Assembly: GCA_965221955.1 (NCBI GenBank)
Contig: CBDCTA010000018.1
Coordinates: 227,116 to 291,115 of the forward strand
Direction of reading: 5' to 3'
Length of the DNA: 64,000 nucleotides
Source: Gammaproteobacteria bacterium
Lineage (GTDB): Bacteria; Pseudomonadota; Gammaproteobacteria; UBA4575
In this document: positions 20,319 to 31,112 of the stretch, piece by piece
Layout of the letters: each line of letters begins with the position of its first letter
How positions within the stretch are numbered: position 1 is the first letter of the stretch
Notes under the pieces: model-generated
Told to the model about the DNA's origin: nothing
What the model saw: only the letters and a program-made list of their open reading frames with translations
The model's database searches: none
Translations under genes and position numbers: made by a program

Positions 20319-21710
20319 ATGGAAAAGATACACACTGAAAGTGGTGAAGTGTTAATGACGCTCTCGCCCTTAATTGATTTCACTCAACATAATTTTGAAT
20401 CTAATGCTAAGAGTGAATTAACTCCTCTGCATGTGAAATCCGCAGCGCGTGAAGTAGAAAAGCAAACCGAGCTATCGCCTATCCATGACTTCATGGGAAA
20501 ACTGCGCCAACCTGAAGTTTTAACTCGATTAAAAGAGTATGTTGCTTGGCAGATCAAATGGCGTAATGGCTATGCCAACAATTCCATGACACTTGAAGAA
20601 GCATTAGAGAATGCACCCATCCATGCACCGATTTCTATCAATCTAGATGTCACCACTGCATGTAATTATCGCTGTGATCATTGCGTGGACATGGATATTC
20701 TGAATAAGAATATAAATTATGAACACGAAAAGCTTAAAGACTCATTAACTTATTTAGCAGAAAAGGGTCTGCGTTCGGTCATCATTATTGGTGGAGGCGA
20801 ACCCACTGCCTATAAAGGCTTTGAAGATATTGTGCGACATCTCAAAGCCATGAGTATTCAAATTGGTGTAGTCACTAATGGCAGCATGATGAAAAAAATC
20901 GAAGCGGTTGCAGATGTATTAGAACCACGTGATTGGGTAAGACTGTCTTTAGATTCAGGCACTAATGAAACCTTTCGTGCCATGCATAAACCTGGCAGTA
21001 AAAAATGTACTTTAGAATGGATCTGTAGTCATATCCCATCCATCAAAAAAATCAATCCGAATTTTCAGATTGGGTTTAGTTTCATCATTGTTTGGAAAGA
21101 CTGTGAAACCAACGACACTAAAATAATCGAGAATGTAGATGAAATGCTAACTGCAGCGAAGTTAGCAAAAGACCATCAATTTAATTACATTTCATTTAAG
21201 CCTTTCTTAACACGTGCTGAACTCAACAATGCTGAAGTCATTGGCATTGATAAAGAACGCGAATACGTTGAATCGGTGATGAAAAAAATTCGCGATGCAA
21301 TTAATGAATCTAAAAAGTTAGATGACGATAACTTCGCCGTGATTGAGAGCACCAATTTACGTGTGTTAGAAAATGGCACCTATATGAATTACACCGACCA
21401 ACCGCACAATTGTCATATGCAGTACTTTAGACAAGTACTAAGCCCTTTAGGTGTATTTAACTGCCCAGTATATCGCCATGTGCCGCAAGCATTGCTGGGT
21501 GAAAAACATGCTTATCACACGCAAGAAGGTGTAGTAGATACTCAAAAAAATACTCTTCGTTTAATAGAAGCCTTTGATGCTACACAAGAGTGTAAAGATG
21601 TAACCTGTTTATATAACCACGCGAATTGGTTTATTGAAGATCTAATTAATCATCCTGAGAAACTCGATGCCCTAGATTCGAGTTTTGATCGCGACGATTA
21701 TTTTTTATAG
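20319..21710 (+). CDS. Radical SAM protein with C-terminal twitch/SPASM-like Cys cluster
   Basis: CNYRCDHC, GGGEP, VTNG, RLSLD; C-terminal C..NCP..ECKDVTC. Confidence 0.9.
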   Translation: MEKIHTESGEVLMTLSPLIDFTQHNFESNAKSELTPLHVKSAAREVEKQTELSPIHDFMGKLRQPEVLTRLKEYVAWQIKWRNGYANNSMTLEEALENAPIHAPISINLDVTTACNYRCDHCVDMDILNKNINYEHEKLKDSLTYLAEKGLRSVIIIGGGEPTAYKGFEDIVRHLKAMSIQIGVVTNGSMMKKIEAVADVLEPRDWVRLSLDSGTNETFRAMHKPGSKKCTLEWICSHIPSIKKINPNFQIGFSFIIVWKDCETNDTKIIENVDEMLTAAKLAKDHQFNYISFKPFLTRAELNNAEVIGIDKEREYVESVMKKIRDAINESKKLDDDNFAVIESTNLRVLENGTYMNYTDQPHNCHMQYFRQVLSPLGVFNCPVYRHVPQALLGEKHAYHTQEGVVDTQKNTLRLIEAFDATQECKDVTCLYNHANWFIEDLINHPEKLDALDSSFDRDDYFL

Positions 21711-22718
21711 GAATTTTTGTGCGCTCTCAAAAACTTTATCCACTTCAATACCATTCAAACAATTATAGTGCCCAAATGGGCACTGTTTTTTAAAACAAGG
21801 GCTACAATCTAATCCCAAGTAGTGGATTTCTTTTGTTTCTGTTAGTGGCGGGGTATATTTAGGTGTAATCGAACCATAAATTGCAACAATTGGCCGCCCT
21901 ACCGCTGCTGCAATATGCATTAAGCCTGAATCATTTGTAATCGCGACCTTTGCTAACGATAACAAATCAGTTACTTCCTCAAGTGAAGTTTTTCCACAAA
22001 GGTTTATTGCATCGCCTTTTGCAGCTTGTACAATTTCTTCACCCATAGTTTTGTCATTGGGTGAACCAAAAATGTAAACGTTATACCCTTGTTGTTTAAA
22101 ACGTATCGCAAGCTCTCCAAAATATTTAGCTGGCCATTGTTTTGAAGGACCAAACTCAGCACCGGGCATAAATGCAATTGCGGGTGTCATTTCATCGATG
22201 TCCAACTTAACAGCTGCTTGATGACGCTTTTCTTCATCTACTACAAGCTGTGGAAAATGAATTTTAGGTGACTGTGTAAGCTGGGACGGTAGCGCGCCTA
22301 GTTGTAGATATTTTTCAACCGCTTTATACGTTAATGTTGTATCAAGCCTTCGCATGTCATTAACAATTCCATAACGCATCTCTCCTCGATACGCTGTACG
22401 TTTAGGAATTTTGGCAAAAAATGGAATTAATGCAGATTTAAACGTACGCGGCAAAATAATCGCTCGATCATATTCACCACGCAGGCTCTTGCCTACACGG
22501 TATCGCTCTGCGAATTGTAATTTTCCATGTTGTAGATACACGGTGATAACACTACGAACCTCCGGCATACGTTCTAACACCGGCGCAGACCATGCGGGCG
22601 CGACAACATCAATGATATTATTTGGATCTTGGCACTTCAGTGTGATGAACAAGCTTTGCACCATAACCATATCACCCACCCAAGCAGGTCCAACTATAAG
22701 AATTCTATTTGCGTTCAA
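21705..22718 (-). CDS. waaF: LPS heptosyltransferase II
   Basis: ILIVGPAWVGDMVM, PGAEFGPSKQWP, NDSGLMHIAAA. Confidence 0.95.
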   Translation of the reverse strand: MNANRILIVGPAWVGDMVMVQSLFITLKCQDPNNIIDVVAPAWSAPVLERMPEVRSVITVYLQHGKLQFAERYRVGKSLRGEYDRAIILPRTFKSALIPFFAKIPKRTAYRGEMRYGIVNDMRRLDTTLTYKAVEKYLQLGALPSQLTQSPKIHFPQLVVDEEKRHQAAVKLDIDEMTPAIAFMPGAEFGPSKQWPAKYFGELAIRFKQQGYNVYIFGSPNDKTMGEEIVQAAKGDAINLCGKTSLEEVTDLLSLAKVAITNDSGLMHIAAAVGRPIVAIYGSITPKYTPPLTETKEIHYLGLDCSPCFKKQCPFGHYNCLNGIEVDKVFESAQKFL

Positions 22719-22827
22719 AAGTAGCGTTAAACCATAGATTTTTTAATAAGGCTGTGTTGATTTATTCTGATATTATGATGCGAATCAAATCTACAAAACC
22801 AGACAAATTAGCTGAGTATAAAAACAT

Positions 22828-23493
22828 ATGGATATCGAGCAAGCAAGATTCAATATGATCGAACAACAGATACGTCCATGGGACGTGCTGGATGTCGATG
22901 TATTAAGAGTCATAGAGGATACGCCACGGGAACTATTTGTACCCATTCAACATCAGAAGCTGGCTTTTTCTGATTTAGAAATTCCGCTCGAACATGATCA
23001 AGTCATGATGGCCCCTAAAATTGAAGCACGTATGTTACAGGCACTACAGATAAAAGCAGATGACAATATTTTAGAGGTAGGTACAGGCTCAGGCTTTGTT
23101 ACCGCATGCTTGGCAAAACTTGGTCAACATGTAGATAGTGTTGAATATTTTGAAAGCCTCAGTAATCAGGCCGAAAAGGTTTTACAACAACAGCAACTAA
23201 CAAATTATAACTTGCAAGTTGCAAATGTATTAAGCGATAGTTTTTTAGCCTCTCTTAAAAACAAGAGATATGATGTGATCGCTATCACTGCGTCGATGCC
23301 TATTTATAGTGAACTTTTTGAAGAATATTTATCAGACAATGGAAGACTTTTTGTGATCGCAGGCAAAGCCCCTGTGATGCAAGCCAAACTAATCACTAGC
23401 ATGAATCAACATGGTTGTAATTGCACAAATTTATTTGAAACAAATTTAACTCCATTGATCGGGATGCAAACACCTCGAGAATTTGAGTTGTAA
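22828..23493 (+). CDS. pcm: Protein-L-isoaspartate O-methyltransferase family
   Basis: ARFNMIEQQIRPWDV, LEVGTGSG. Confidence 0.9.
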   Translation: MDIEQARFNMIEQQIRPWDVLDVDVLRVIEDTPRELFVPIQHQKLAFSDLEIPLEHDQVMMAPKIEARMLQALQIKADDNILEVGTGSGFVTACLAKLGQHVDSVEYFESLSNQAEKVLQQQQLTNYNLQVANVLSDSFLASLKNKRYDVIAITASMPIYSELFEEYLSDNGRLFVIAGKAPVMQAKLITSMNQHGCNCTNLFETNLTPLIGMQTPREFEL

Positions 23494-23816
23494 TGTTTAA
23501 GGAGTTTAGCCCTCAGCAATTAAAACAACATCTTGATCAAACAACCGAAACACCGGTTTTACTAGATGTAAGAGAACCTTGGGAGTTCGAACGTTGTCAT
23601 ATTGCTAACTCCAAACTTGTGCCTATGAGGGAGGTGCCAAGTGTATTACAAGAATTTGATCCAGATGATGAAATTGTGGTGATATGTCATCATGGTATTC
23701 GCAGCCGTGCAGTGGCGAACTATTTGGCTCAGCACGACTACTCTAGAGTGATTAATCTCTCAACAGGCATTGATGGTTGGGCAAGAGATATTGACCATTC
23801 CATGCCCACTTACTAA
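23493..23816 (+). CDS. Rhodanese-domain protein
   Basis: LLDVREPWE, CHHGIRS, GIDGW. Confidence 0.92.
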   Translation: MFKEFSPQQLKQHLDQTTETPVLLDVREPWEFERCHIANSKLVPMREVPSVLQEFDPDDEIVVICHHGIRSRAVANYLAQHDYSRVINLSTGIDGWARDIDHSMPTY

Positions 23817-23878
23817 TGAATTAGTACCAATCATTCTATATCGGCTTTAAAAATCAACCTAAATACAGATACATAGGC

Positions 23879-25231
23879 ATGATAATTTCAACTAACAAAG
23901 GCTCTAGATTGTTGATCAAACACCTACTCTGCTACAGCTTTGTTTTAGCCTTTGTAGGGCTTAACACAGCACAAGCGTTCAGTTTAATGGACATATATAT
24001 GAGAGCAAAGCAACACGATGCAGATATCTTGATTGCAGAATCTAAATACCATGCAGATGCTCAAGCAAGACCGATTGCACGTGCGAACATCCTTCCGCAA
24101 GCAAACTTGACAGCAAACACAACCGATGTGAGCCAGGAAACAGACGGACAAACATTTGGCGTATCAGGTAGAGAAGTAGACTTTAATGATCATGGTTATA
24201 CTCTTAGCATCACTCAAGCTTTATATCATCACGACTACTATGTGCAATTACGACAAGCCAAAGACTCTGTAGCAAGAGCAAGTGTTGATTTAGACGCTTC
24301 ATACCAAGCATTAATGCAACGTACTGCAGAAGCATATTTTAATGTGTTGGCAGAACAAGATAATCTAACCTTTAGACAATCTGAGATTGAGGCGATTGAG
24401 CGCCAGCTTGAACAAGCTAAAAAACGTTTCGAAGTTGGCTTGATTGCAATTACCGATGTGAAAGAAGCGCAGGCCTCTTATGATTTAGCAGTTGCCAGTA
24501 AAATTGAAGCGCAAAATGCCCTTGAGATTTCTAAAGATGCATTAGAGGTCATCATCGCGGAACGTGCTGAAACACTTAATCCATTATCGGATCGTATGCA
24601 GCTCATCACTCCTGAACCAAACGATGTTCAAGAGTGGATTAATAAAGCCTTAGATCAAAATTTAAGTTTATTATCTAGTGAATACACCACTAAAATTGCG
24701 CAACACGAAATAAAATTACAAAAATCACAACATTACCCAACACTTGATATTGTTGCCTCACATAATGATACCGATACCGGTGGTTTAACCGGATCGCGCG
24801 AATCAGAAGATACGCGCATTGGTTTGGAGCTCAATATTCCAATTGTTGCAGGTGGGCGCACCTATTACCGAACTAAAGAAGCCCGTTATCGTGCAGAGCA
24901 GTCAATTAATGAACACGAAAAGATTCGTAGAGAAACAATCAAAAACACACGAGATGCATTCTTAAATGTCATTTCAGGAATAAGCCGCGTAAAAGCGCTT
25001 GCCAGAGCACTAGAGTCTACTGAGGCAGCTGCGCGAGCAGCTGAAGCGGGCTTTCAAGTAGGCACCAGGACTTCCGTCGATGTCTTACTCGCTTTACAAG
25101 AAACATTCAGAGCCAAGCGTGACTACTCTCGTGCTCGCTATGACTACTTATTGAGTACCTTAAACTTAAAACAAGCCACTGGCGCACTCAGTGTGGATGA
25201 TTTACTTCAGATTGATGGTTGGCTAAATTAG
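23879..25231 (+). CDS. tolC: TolC family outer membrane protein
   Basis: RFEVGLIAITDV, GFQVGTRTSVDVL, LKQATG. Confidence 0.93.
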   Translation: MIISTNKGSRLLIKHLLCYSFVLAFVGLNTAQAFSLMDIYMRAKQHDADILIAESKYHADAQARPIARANILPQANLTANTTDVSQETDGQTFGVSGREVDFNDHGYTLSITQALYHHDYYVQLRQAKDSVARASVDLDASYQALMQRTAEAYFNVLAEQDNLTFRQSEIEAIERQLEQAKKRFEVGLIAITDVKEAQASYDLAVASKIEAQNALEISKDALEVIIAERAETLNPLSDRMQLITPEPNDVQEWINKALDQNLSLLSSEYTTKIAQHEIKLQKSQHYPTLDIVASHNDTDTGGLTGSRESEDTRIGLELNIPIVAGGRTYYRTKEARYRAEQSINEHEKIRRETIKNTRDAFLNVISGISRVKALARALESTEAAARAAEAGFQVGTRTSVDVLLALQETFRAKRDYSRARYDYLLSTLNLKQATGALSVDDLLQIDGWLN

Positions 25232-25259
25232 ATCCATTACGGACACCGATGCCTACACA

Positions 25260-26519
25260 TTGCAAACCACAAGCACCCGATACAAGCTCTTTCTACTAAT
25301 ACTGAGCCCGCTCGCGCTCGCGCATATTGTCTACCGCTCATTTAAAGACGGCGGGCTTCGATACTTTAAACAACGACTTGGCTTTGGCTATACAAAATTT
25401 CAGCCTTCTAGCTGTATTCATTTTCACTGTGCTTCAGTAGGAGAATTCATTACCGCCAAACCGCTGATTAATGCACTACATGCTGCATTTCCCACAAAAC
25501 AAATCGTAATCAGCACCAATACCCCTACGTCCGCAAGCTTAGTATCCAAGATGGAGAATAAAGAAATTATCCATCACTACTTCCCGATTGATTTAGCATT
25601 TTGTGTAAAACGTTTCCTAAAAAATGTTCAGCCAATAGCCTGCTTCATTCTAGAAACTGAAATTTGGCCGACCTTCTATTCTTTTGCAGCAAAAAAATTC
25701 ATCCCAATTTCTATTATCAACGCAAGACTCTCGAACAAAACACTACACGCAAACAATTTCATTAAAAATGAATATGCGAATGCACTAAAAAATGTAAGCC
25801 AAGTTTTAGCAAGATCCAAACAAGATCATACTAATTATGTAAATCTAGGGGCTTCACCAAAAGTTATTCAAACACTCGGTAATTTAAAATATTCCATAAA
25901 TAATACAAACAATAAATCATTAGCTTGCACAACAATTAAACGCCCATTTTTCTTTGCTGCGTCGACACATGAAGATGAAGAATCACAACTTTCAGAGCAT
26001 ATAGAATTATTACGAAGAAAAAATTATCTGTTAGTAATTGCTCCTCGTTATCCAAATCGCTGCAAAAGCCTCGCACAACAGTTTAGAAGCAAAAACTTAC
26101 AAGTAGCTTTGCGCAGTCAGCACGATGAAATCAATGATACAACTGATATTTATATTGTCGATACTTTGGGTGAGTTAGACCTTTTTTACAATGAAGCAGC
26201 ACTAGTCTTTGTTGGTGGATCACTGATCGAACGCGGCGGGCATAATATTCTTGAACCTGCAAATTTTGGAAAATGCATTATCGTTGGGCCACATACTGAA
26301 AATTTTGAACTAGAAACAAAAGAATTATTACAAGCTGATGCAATCATTCAAATAAAAGATAATCACGCGCTGGGCTTACAATTAGTATGGTTGCTGAAAA
26401 ATGATTTGCAACGCGAGGAATATGGGGAAAACGCGATACGTTTCGTTGAACAGCAATCTGGAATTCTAGGCACTTATATAAACTCTATCCAGCCAATCAT
26501 ACAAGACGCTATTAAATAA
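25260..26519 (+). CDS. waaA: Kdo transferase
   Basis: HCASVGE, ETEIWP, GNLK, VGGSL..GGHNILEPA. Confidence 0.95.
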   Translation: MQTTSTRYKLFLLILSPLALAHIVYRSFKDGGLRYFKQRLGFGYTKFQPSSCIHFHCASVGEFITAKPLINALHAAFPTKQIVISTNTPTSASLVSKMENKEIIHHYFPIDLAFCVKRFLKNVQPIACFILETEIWPTFYSFAAKKFIPISIINARLSNKTLHANNFIKNEYANALKNVSQVLARSKQDHTNYVNLGASPKVIQTLGNLKYSINNTNNKSLACTTIKRPFFFAASTHEDEESQLSEHIELLRRKNYLLVIAPRYPNRCKSLAQQFRSKNLQVALRSQHDEINDTTDIYIVDTLGELDLFYNEAALVFVGGSLIERGGHNILEPANFGKCIIVGPHTENFELETKELLQADAIIQIKDNHALGLQLVWLLKNDLQREEYGENAIRFVEQQSGILGTYINSIQPIIQDAIK

Positions 26520-27255
26520 TATAATTATCCTTAGAATAACCCTTGGTTAAATGCGAAAAACACTCTGGAGTAAAATTGAACGTAGTACTATTTTTCGCTA
26601 TTTTTTCTAGCGAACGCCGTAAACGCTGAAGATTTTTATCTCTCCATCTGTTTTTTGCGATATCGATCTTGGAACGATCAAAGTCTATAAGAAACACATT
26701 TTCTTGATTGTCGAGCAAGATATTATGCGCATTCAAGTCTGCATGATTACAGTTGTTATTATGAAATTGTTTTATGCTTTTCCCTATTTTCATCCAGCAC
26801 AACTCAGAAATCGCTTTTGATTCCAGGATCGAGCTAAGCGTTTTCGTATTTGGAATTAAGGTGGTAATTATATCTGCCGAATATACTCTGCCTTGCTTAT
26901 GTACGCGTACTGCTACAGGCATTGGCACAGGTAAGTTATTTTCTGATAGCGTGGATAGAACTTGCAACTCTTGAAACGCTCTTGTTTTTTCTAAGCCTCT
27001 CCACAGATAACGATCTTTTACAAATTTTGCTGGAAACCCACCGCGACGATAATGACGTAAAACTAAGTTTTGATCATTATATTTAAAGCAATGCACCCCA
27101 CCTCTACCATGATGAGTCTCTATGTCATCAGGTCTCAAAAGAGAGTTCGATATTAAATAATCAGGATCAAATAATGTTAACGGAAACGTTTCGAATAGTA
27201 ATTTATTGTAGGCAACGATATGATTACCTTCATAGCTAACCTCAAAATTTTTCAT
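26512..27255 (-). CDS. kdkA: Kdo kinase
   Basis: GRG, VLRHYRRGG, HADLNAHNIL, LIDFD, NLQRLRRSLEK. Confidence 0.93.
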   Translation of the reverse strand: MKNFEVSYEGNHIVAYNKLLFETFPLTLFDPDYLISNSLLRPDDIETHHGRGGVHCFKYNDQNLVLRHYRRGGFPAKFVKDRYLWRGLEKTRAFQELQVLSTLSENNLPVPMPVAVRVHKQGRVYSADIITTLIPNTKTLSSILESKAISELCWMKIGKSIKQFHNNNCNHADLNAHNILLDNQENVFLIDFDRSKIDIAKNRWRDKNLQRLRRSLEKIAKNSTTFNFTPECFSHLTKGYSKDNYII

Positions 27256-27302
27256 TAAATTACTTTTCTGTATTGAATTCCTACCAATTCACTAAGTTTA
27301 CT

Positions 27303-28346
27303 ATGAATAGTCCACCGAATTCGATTTGTATACTTCGTTTGTCAGCCATTGGTGACGTTACGCACATGGTTCCAGTCGTGAGAACCATACAAAAATATTG
27401 GCCCAGCACAAAAATTACTTGGGTAATCGGCAAAAATGAAGCTAATCTCGTCTCGGACTTTCCCAATATTGAGTTCATTCTATTTGATAAATCTCATACC
27501 TTCGCTAGCTATCAATCTATAGCTAAACAAATGAAAAATAAACAACATGATGTATTGCTATGTGCCCAAGTATCTTTGCGTGCTAACTTATTAAGCAAAT
27601 TAATCCCTGCAAAACTCAAACTCGGTTATGACAAACCACGCGCGAAAGACCTACACACTAGTTTCATCGATGAATCCATTCCTTCAACCCCAGAACAACA
27701 TGTACTCGATAGCTTTTTTAGTTTCATAGAATATTTAGGTCTAAAGGAACGCGAATTAGACTGGAACTATGAGATTCCAGCAGAAGCGCATGAATTTGCA
27801 AATGAACACATTGACACACAACGACCCAATGTGATTATCAGCCCTTGCTCAAGTCACCCAAAGCGTAACTGGAGTAGTGAACGCTATGCTGCAGTTGCTG
27901 ATTTTGCATCCCAATCATTTAATGCACATGTGATTTTATGTGGTGGCCCATCTGAATTTGAACAAAAAGTAGGCGCAGAAATTGAGCGCTCTATGCAAAT
28001 GCATGTCACAAACCTGATAGGAAAAGATAATTTAAAAAAATTTCTTGCTTTGTTAATGCGAGCTGACGTTATCATCACACCTGATTCCGGCCCGGCACAC
28101 ATGGCGACTGGATGTCATACACCTGTGCTTGGTTTATACGCCGCGAGCAATTCTAAGCGAAGCGGTCCTTATTTAAGCTTAAATAATTGTGTTGATCGAT
28201 ATAACCAAGCGGCACAAAAGTATAAAAATAAATCTGCTAGTGAATTAAAATGGGGTGCAAAATTAGAATACGAGGGTGTAATGGATCTAATCAGTATAGA
28301 AGATGTAACAAATCAGTTAGAATCCATCTTAAAGAAACCGATCTAA
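27303..28346 (+). CDS. GT9 heptosyltransferase (OpsX-like)
   Basis: ILRLSAIGDV, PDSGPAHMA, R.GPY; divergent from kdkA. Confidence 0.88.
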   Translation: MNSPPNSICILRLSAIGDVTHMVPVVRTIQKYWPSTKITWVIGKNEANLVSDFPNIEFILFDKSHTFASYQSIAKQMKNKQHDVLLCAQVSLRANLLSKLIPAKLKLGYDKPRAKDLHTSFIDESIPSTPEQHVLDSFFSFIEYLGLKERELDWNYEIPAEAHEFANEHIDTQRPNVIISPCSSHPKRNWSSERYAAVADFASQSFNAHVILCGGPSEFEQKVGAEIERSMQMHVTNLIGKDNLKKFLALLMRADVIITPDSGPAHMATGCHTPVLGLYAASNSKRSGPYLSLNNCVDRYNQAAQKYKNKSASELKWGAKLEYEGVMDLISIEDVTNQLESILKKPI

Positions 28347-28367
28347 GGAAATTGATAATAAAATAAT

Positions 28368-28754
28368 ATGGAAACCATAAACGTACCTATCTCACCTGGA
28401 GAACTTCTAGACAAAATCACTATCTTGGAAATTAAGTCTGAGCATATTGAAGATAAAGAAAAACGAGCCAATGTTGAAACTGAGCTAGAGCTACTCAGCA
28501 ATATTTGGGAAAAAACTTCTCCAAGCGACACACTCATCAAGTTGAAACAAGAATTAAAAGAAAATAATAAAGCACTTTGGGATATTGAGGACAAAATCCG
28601 TATCAAAGAAGCCAACAAAGAGTTCGATCAAGTTTTTATCGAATTGGCACGTTCAGTCTATATTCAAAATGACAAACGAGCAGAGACTAAGAAACAAATT
28701 AATCTTCAATTAGGCTCTCTAATCATAGAAGAAAAGTCTTATGCAGAATACTAA
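28368..28754 (+). CDS. Conserved hypothetical protein (DUF6165-like)
   Basis: PISPGELLDKITILEIK, LWDIEDKIR, ARSVY..ND.R, EEKSY. Confidence 0.8.
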   Translation: METINVPISPGELLDKITILEIKSEHIEDKEKRANVETELELLSNIWEKTSPSDTLIKLKQELKENNKALWDIEDKIRIKEANKEFDQVFIELARSVYIQNDKRAETKKQINLQLGSLIIEEKSYAEY

Positions 28755-29443
28755 TTCCTTTCAGCATTAACATTTTGATTTCTATACCAAACTGACAAGG
28801 CATATACCATCATGAATAATGCCAAAAGGCATTCTTTGGTTTCACCTGCGCGTATATCAAGTACTACAGGAATGTTTATATCCAACAACTTATAAAGTTT
28901 CTCATGCCAGCTTACCAACAAAGAAAGCAGCGCTGCCGGTATACAAACATAAGTTGGAAACAACCAATCAAAAAAAGAGTTTTTATCTGGAATATGCTTT
29001 TTGAATCTTCTATAGATAGGAATCAATACCCCTCCTATCAAAGCGGCAATGGATAATAAGGTTCTTGGAATTTGATCAAAAATTGCAGCAGTATTATGTA
29101 AATTTGTTTCTTGCTGATCGTTTACACTTTGCCAAGATTCAGGCGTACCCCAACCAAAATAATGTTGCCCCCAACTAATCTCCTCACCTGCATAATAAAT
29201 TGAACCTAGCAAAAAAATTATCATCCAGATTTTTAAAAATTTAAAATCTGTAGAGGCCTTTAAAAATAGAAAACAGGCAATAATTGCAACCAGCAAGGCA
29301 ACTACTGTGATATTTTCAATGATGCCCAACTCGGTATACATATATCTATCTGTATCTAAACTGATAAATCTTGCGATATATGGCATCACTGCAACAAATA
29401 CAGGAACAAATAGCCAAACAAATTTTGGTAGATCTCTTTCCAT
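28751..29443 (-). CDS. Multi-pass membrane protein
   Basis: GEEISWGQ and QQETNLHN motifs between TM helices. Confidence 0.75.
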   Translation of the reverse strand: MERDLPKFVWLFVPVFVAVMPYIARFISLDTDRYMYTELGIIENITVVALLVAIIACFLFLKASTDFKFLKIWMIIFLLGSIYYAGEEISWGQHYFGWGTPESWQSVNDQQETNLHNTAAIFDQIPRTLLSIAALIGGVLIPIYRRFKKHIPDKNSFFDWLFPTYVCIPAALLSLLVSWHEKLYKLLDINIPVVLDIRAGETKECLLALFMMVYALSVWYRNQNVNAERN

Positions 29444-29462
29444 ACTTACTCTAAATTTTTAA

Positions 29463-30092
29463 CTAATTTCTTCCTATCCATTTTTTATTTTTACCTCTCC
29501 TTTCCCAGTTTCTTAGGCTTCGATAATCTCTAAATGATTTTTTTCTTATACCTAGCTTAAATGCTAACCATACAACAGGGTTAGGAGGAAACAAGTACTG
29601 CGGCATGATATTAAAATCATATAGCTTTAACTTCCATTCTCCATCTATATTGTTAACCAGCACATTGCCAACACTGATGTCCAAATCATGGATCGCATGA
29701 GCCTCAGCCTCATGCACAATTTCTGTACCTGATTCAAGAATTTCATCAGGTAAGTATCCAAGATCTTTTATTACATTCTCAAGCACTTCCCCTATTACTA
29801 ACTCTTGCACCATACAGTGAGTAAACTCACTTCCGCTTTTGTATACTCTATAAGGTTTAGCGATATATTTCTTAATTTTAGGTAAATCATATAATGCTAC
29901 ATTTCTTCCATATTCATGTTCAGCAATATCCACCTGATACTTATTTAAGTATTTTTGTGCAACATTTTCATGATAAATTTTAATACTCACAGACTCATCA
30001 TTTATATTGCCTTTGTATACATGTGCGCGACCACCGCTGCCCAAATATTCACCAATCTCTATATCGTCTGGTAAACGTATTTCAGGTTTCAT
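29463..30092 (-). CDS. Protein-kinase-like fold protein (LPS cluster)
   Basis: LGSGGRAHVY, SIK, HDLDISVGNV, YDFN. Confidence 0.75.
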   Translation of the reverse strand: MKPEIRLPDDIEIGEYLGSGGRAHVYKGNINDESVSIKIYHENVAQKYLNKYQVDIAEHEYGRNVALYDLPKIKKYIAKPYRVYKSGSEFTHCMVQELVIGEVLENVIKDLGYLPDEILESGTEIVHEAEAHAIHDLDISVGNVLVNNIDGEWKLKLYDFNIMPQYLFPPNPVVWLAFKLGIRKKSFRDYRSLRNWERRGKNKKWIGRN

Positions 30093-30120
30093 GGGCTTTT
30101 AATCAACTAGGAATTTAAAA

Positions 30121-31062
30121 TTAGGTTTTTATTTCACGACCAAATCTACTCAGAACAGTACTTTTAATCAGTCTTGGTAAGTGCTTTAAATTTACTACGG
30201 AACTTGGGATAAGTTTTAACGCATTCATATAACTTTGTGATGCAATTTTATAATCCTTATTTATACATGCCATCCTACCTATCTTTAAATATCTTTTTGT
30301 AAGCACATGCTTTTTTAAACTACGCATTTCATTATTAGTGGGCAGGCTTGCAAATAATTCCTCAACCCCGTGAATTCCAGTCTCAATCACACGATTATAA
30401 TTTTCACGTAAGCTATCTGAGTGCCTAGGCATCTCCACCAATACATTAGGAATCGAGATACATTTAAAATGATACATTACATGACTAAAAAAGATGGTAT
30501 CTTCATCTACATGCACGTTAGCAGGAAATTTGATTTTTTCTAACACACATCGTTTAAGTATTGTTGTACTTGGTCGCAAACCAACCATTTTTGCATTCAA
30601 TAGGCTAACCACATTATCCAAGTTACTTTTTGCTAGTTTTATAGGCGTACGTACTCGTAATTTTCCACTGAAGCTCGTGGCTTGATATCCACCAAAAATC
30701 ATTTCAACTTCTGGTTGTTTATCGATCTCTTTATAGATATTAGCTAAAGATCCTGGAAGCAATTTATCATCAGCATCTAAAAATAACAGATATTCCCCAC
30801 TCGATTGATTGAATCCATTATTCCTTGCAGCAGAAACACCTTTATTGTCTTGGTAAAAATAATAGATGTTTGCTTCAGAAAATTTATCCTGTAGTGTCTG
30901 AACTACAGCTTTAGTATCATCTTTTGAACCGTCATCTATGACGATAATTTCATGTACCGCAGAGCTTTGATTGATAACTGATAATATAGTTTGCTCTATA
31001 AAATTCGCATAATTATAGCTGGGAATAATTACAGATAGCTTGAAATCAGATTTATTAGTCAT
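30121..31062 (-). CDS. GT2 glycosyltransferase
   Basis: SVIIPSYN, IDDGS, FLDADD. Confidence 0.92.
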   Translation of the reverse strand: MTNKSDFKLSVIIPSYNYANFIEQTILSVINQSSAVHEIIVIDDGSKDDTKAVVQTLQDKFSEANIYYFYQDNKGVSAARNNGFNQSSGEYLLFLDADDKLLPGSLANIYKEIDKQPEVEMIFGGYQATSFSGKLRVRTPIKLAKSNLDNVVSLLNAKMVGLRPSTTILKRCVLEKIKFPANVHVDEDTIFFSHVMYHFKCISIPNVLVEMPRHSDSLRENYNRVIETGIHGVEELFASLPTNNEMRSLKKHVLTKRYLKIGRMACINKDYKIASQSYMNALKLIPSSVVNLKHLPRLIKSTVLSRFGREIKT

Positions 31063-31112
31063 AGCGAGAAATATATTCTTGAAGTCAGTAGCTATAGGCT
31101 ATTTAAGTAAAT

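Noticed and set aside
20319-21710. RiPP maturase or PqqE/MoaA
   Set aside because: No adjacent precursor peptide or pqq/moa genes; lacks a full seven-Cys SPASM pattern and the MoaA C-terminal GG
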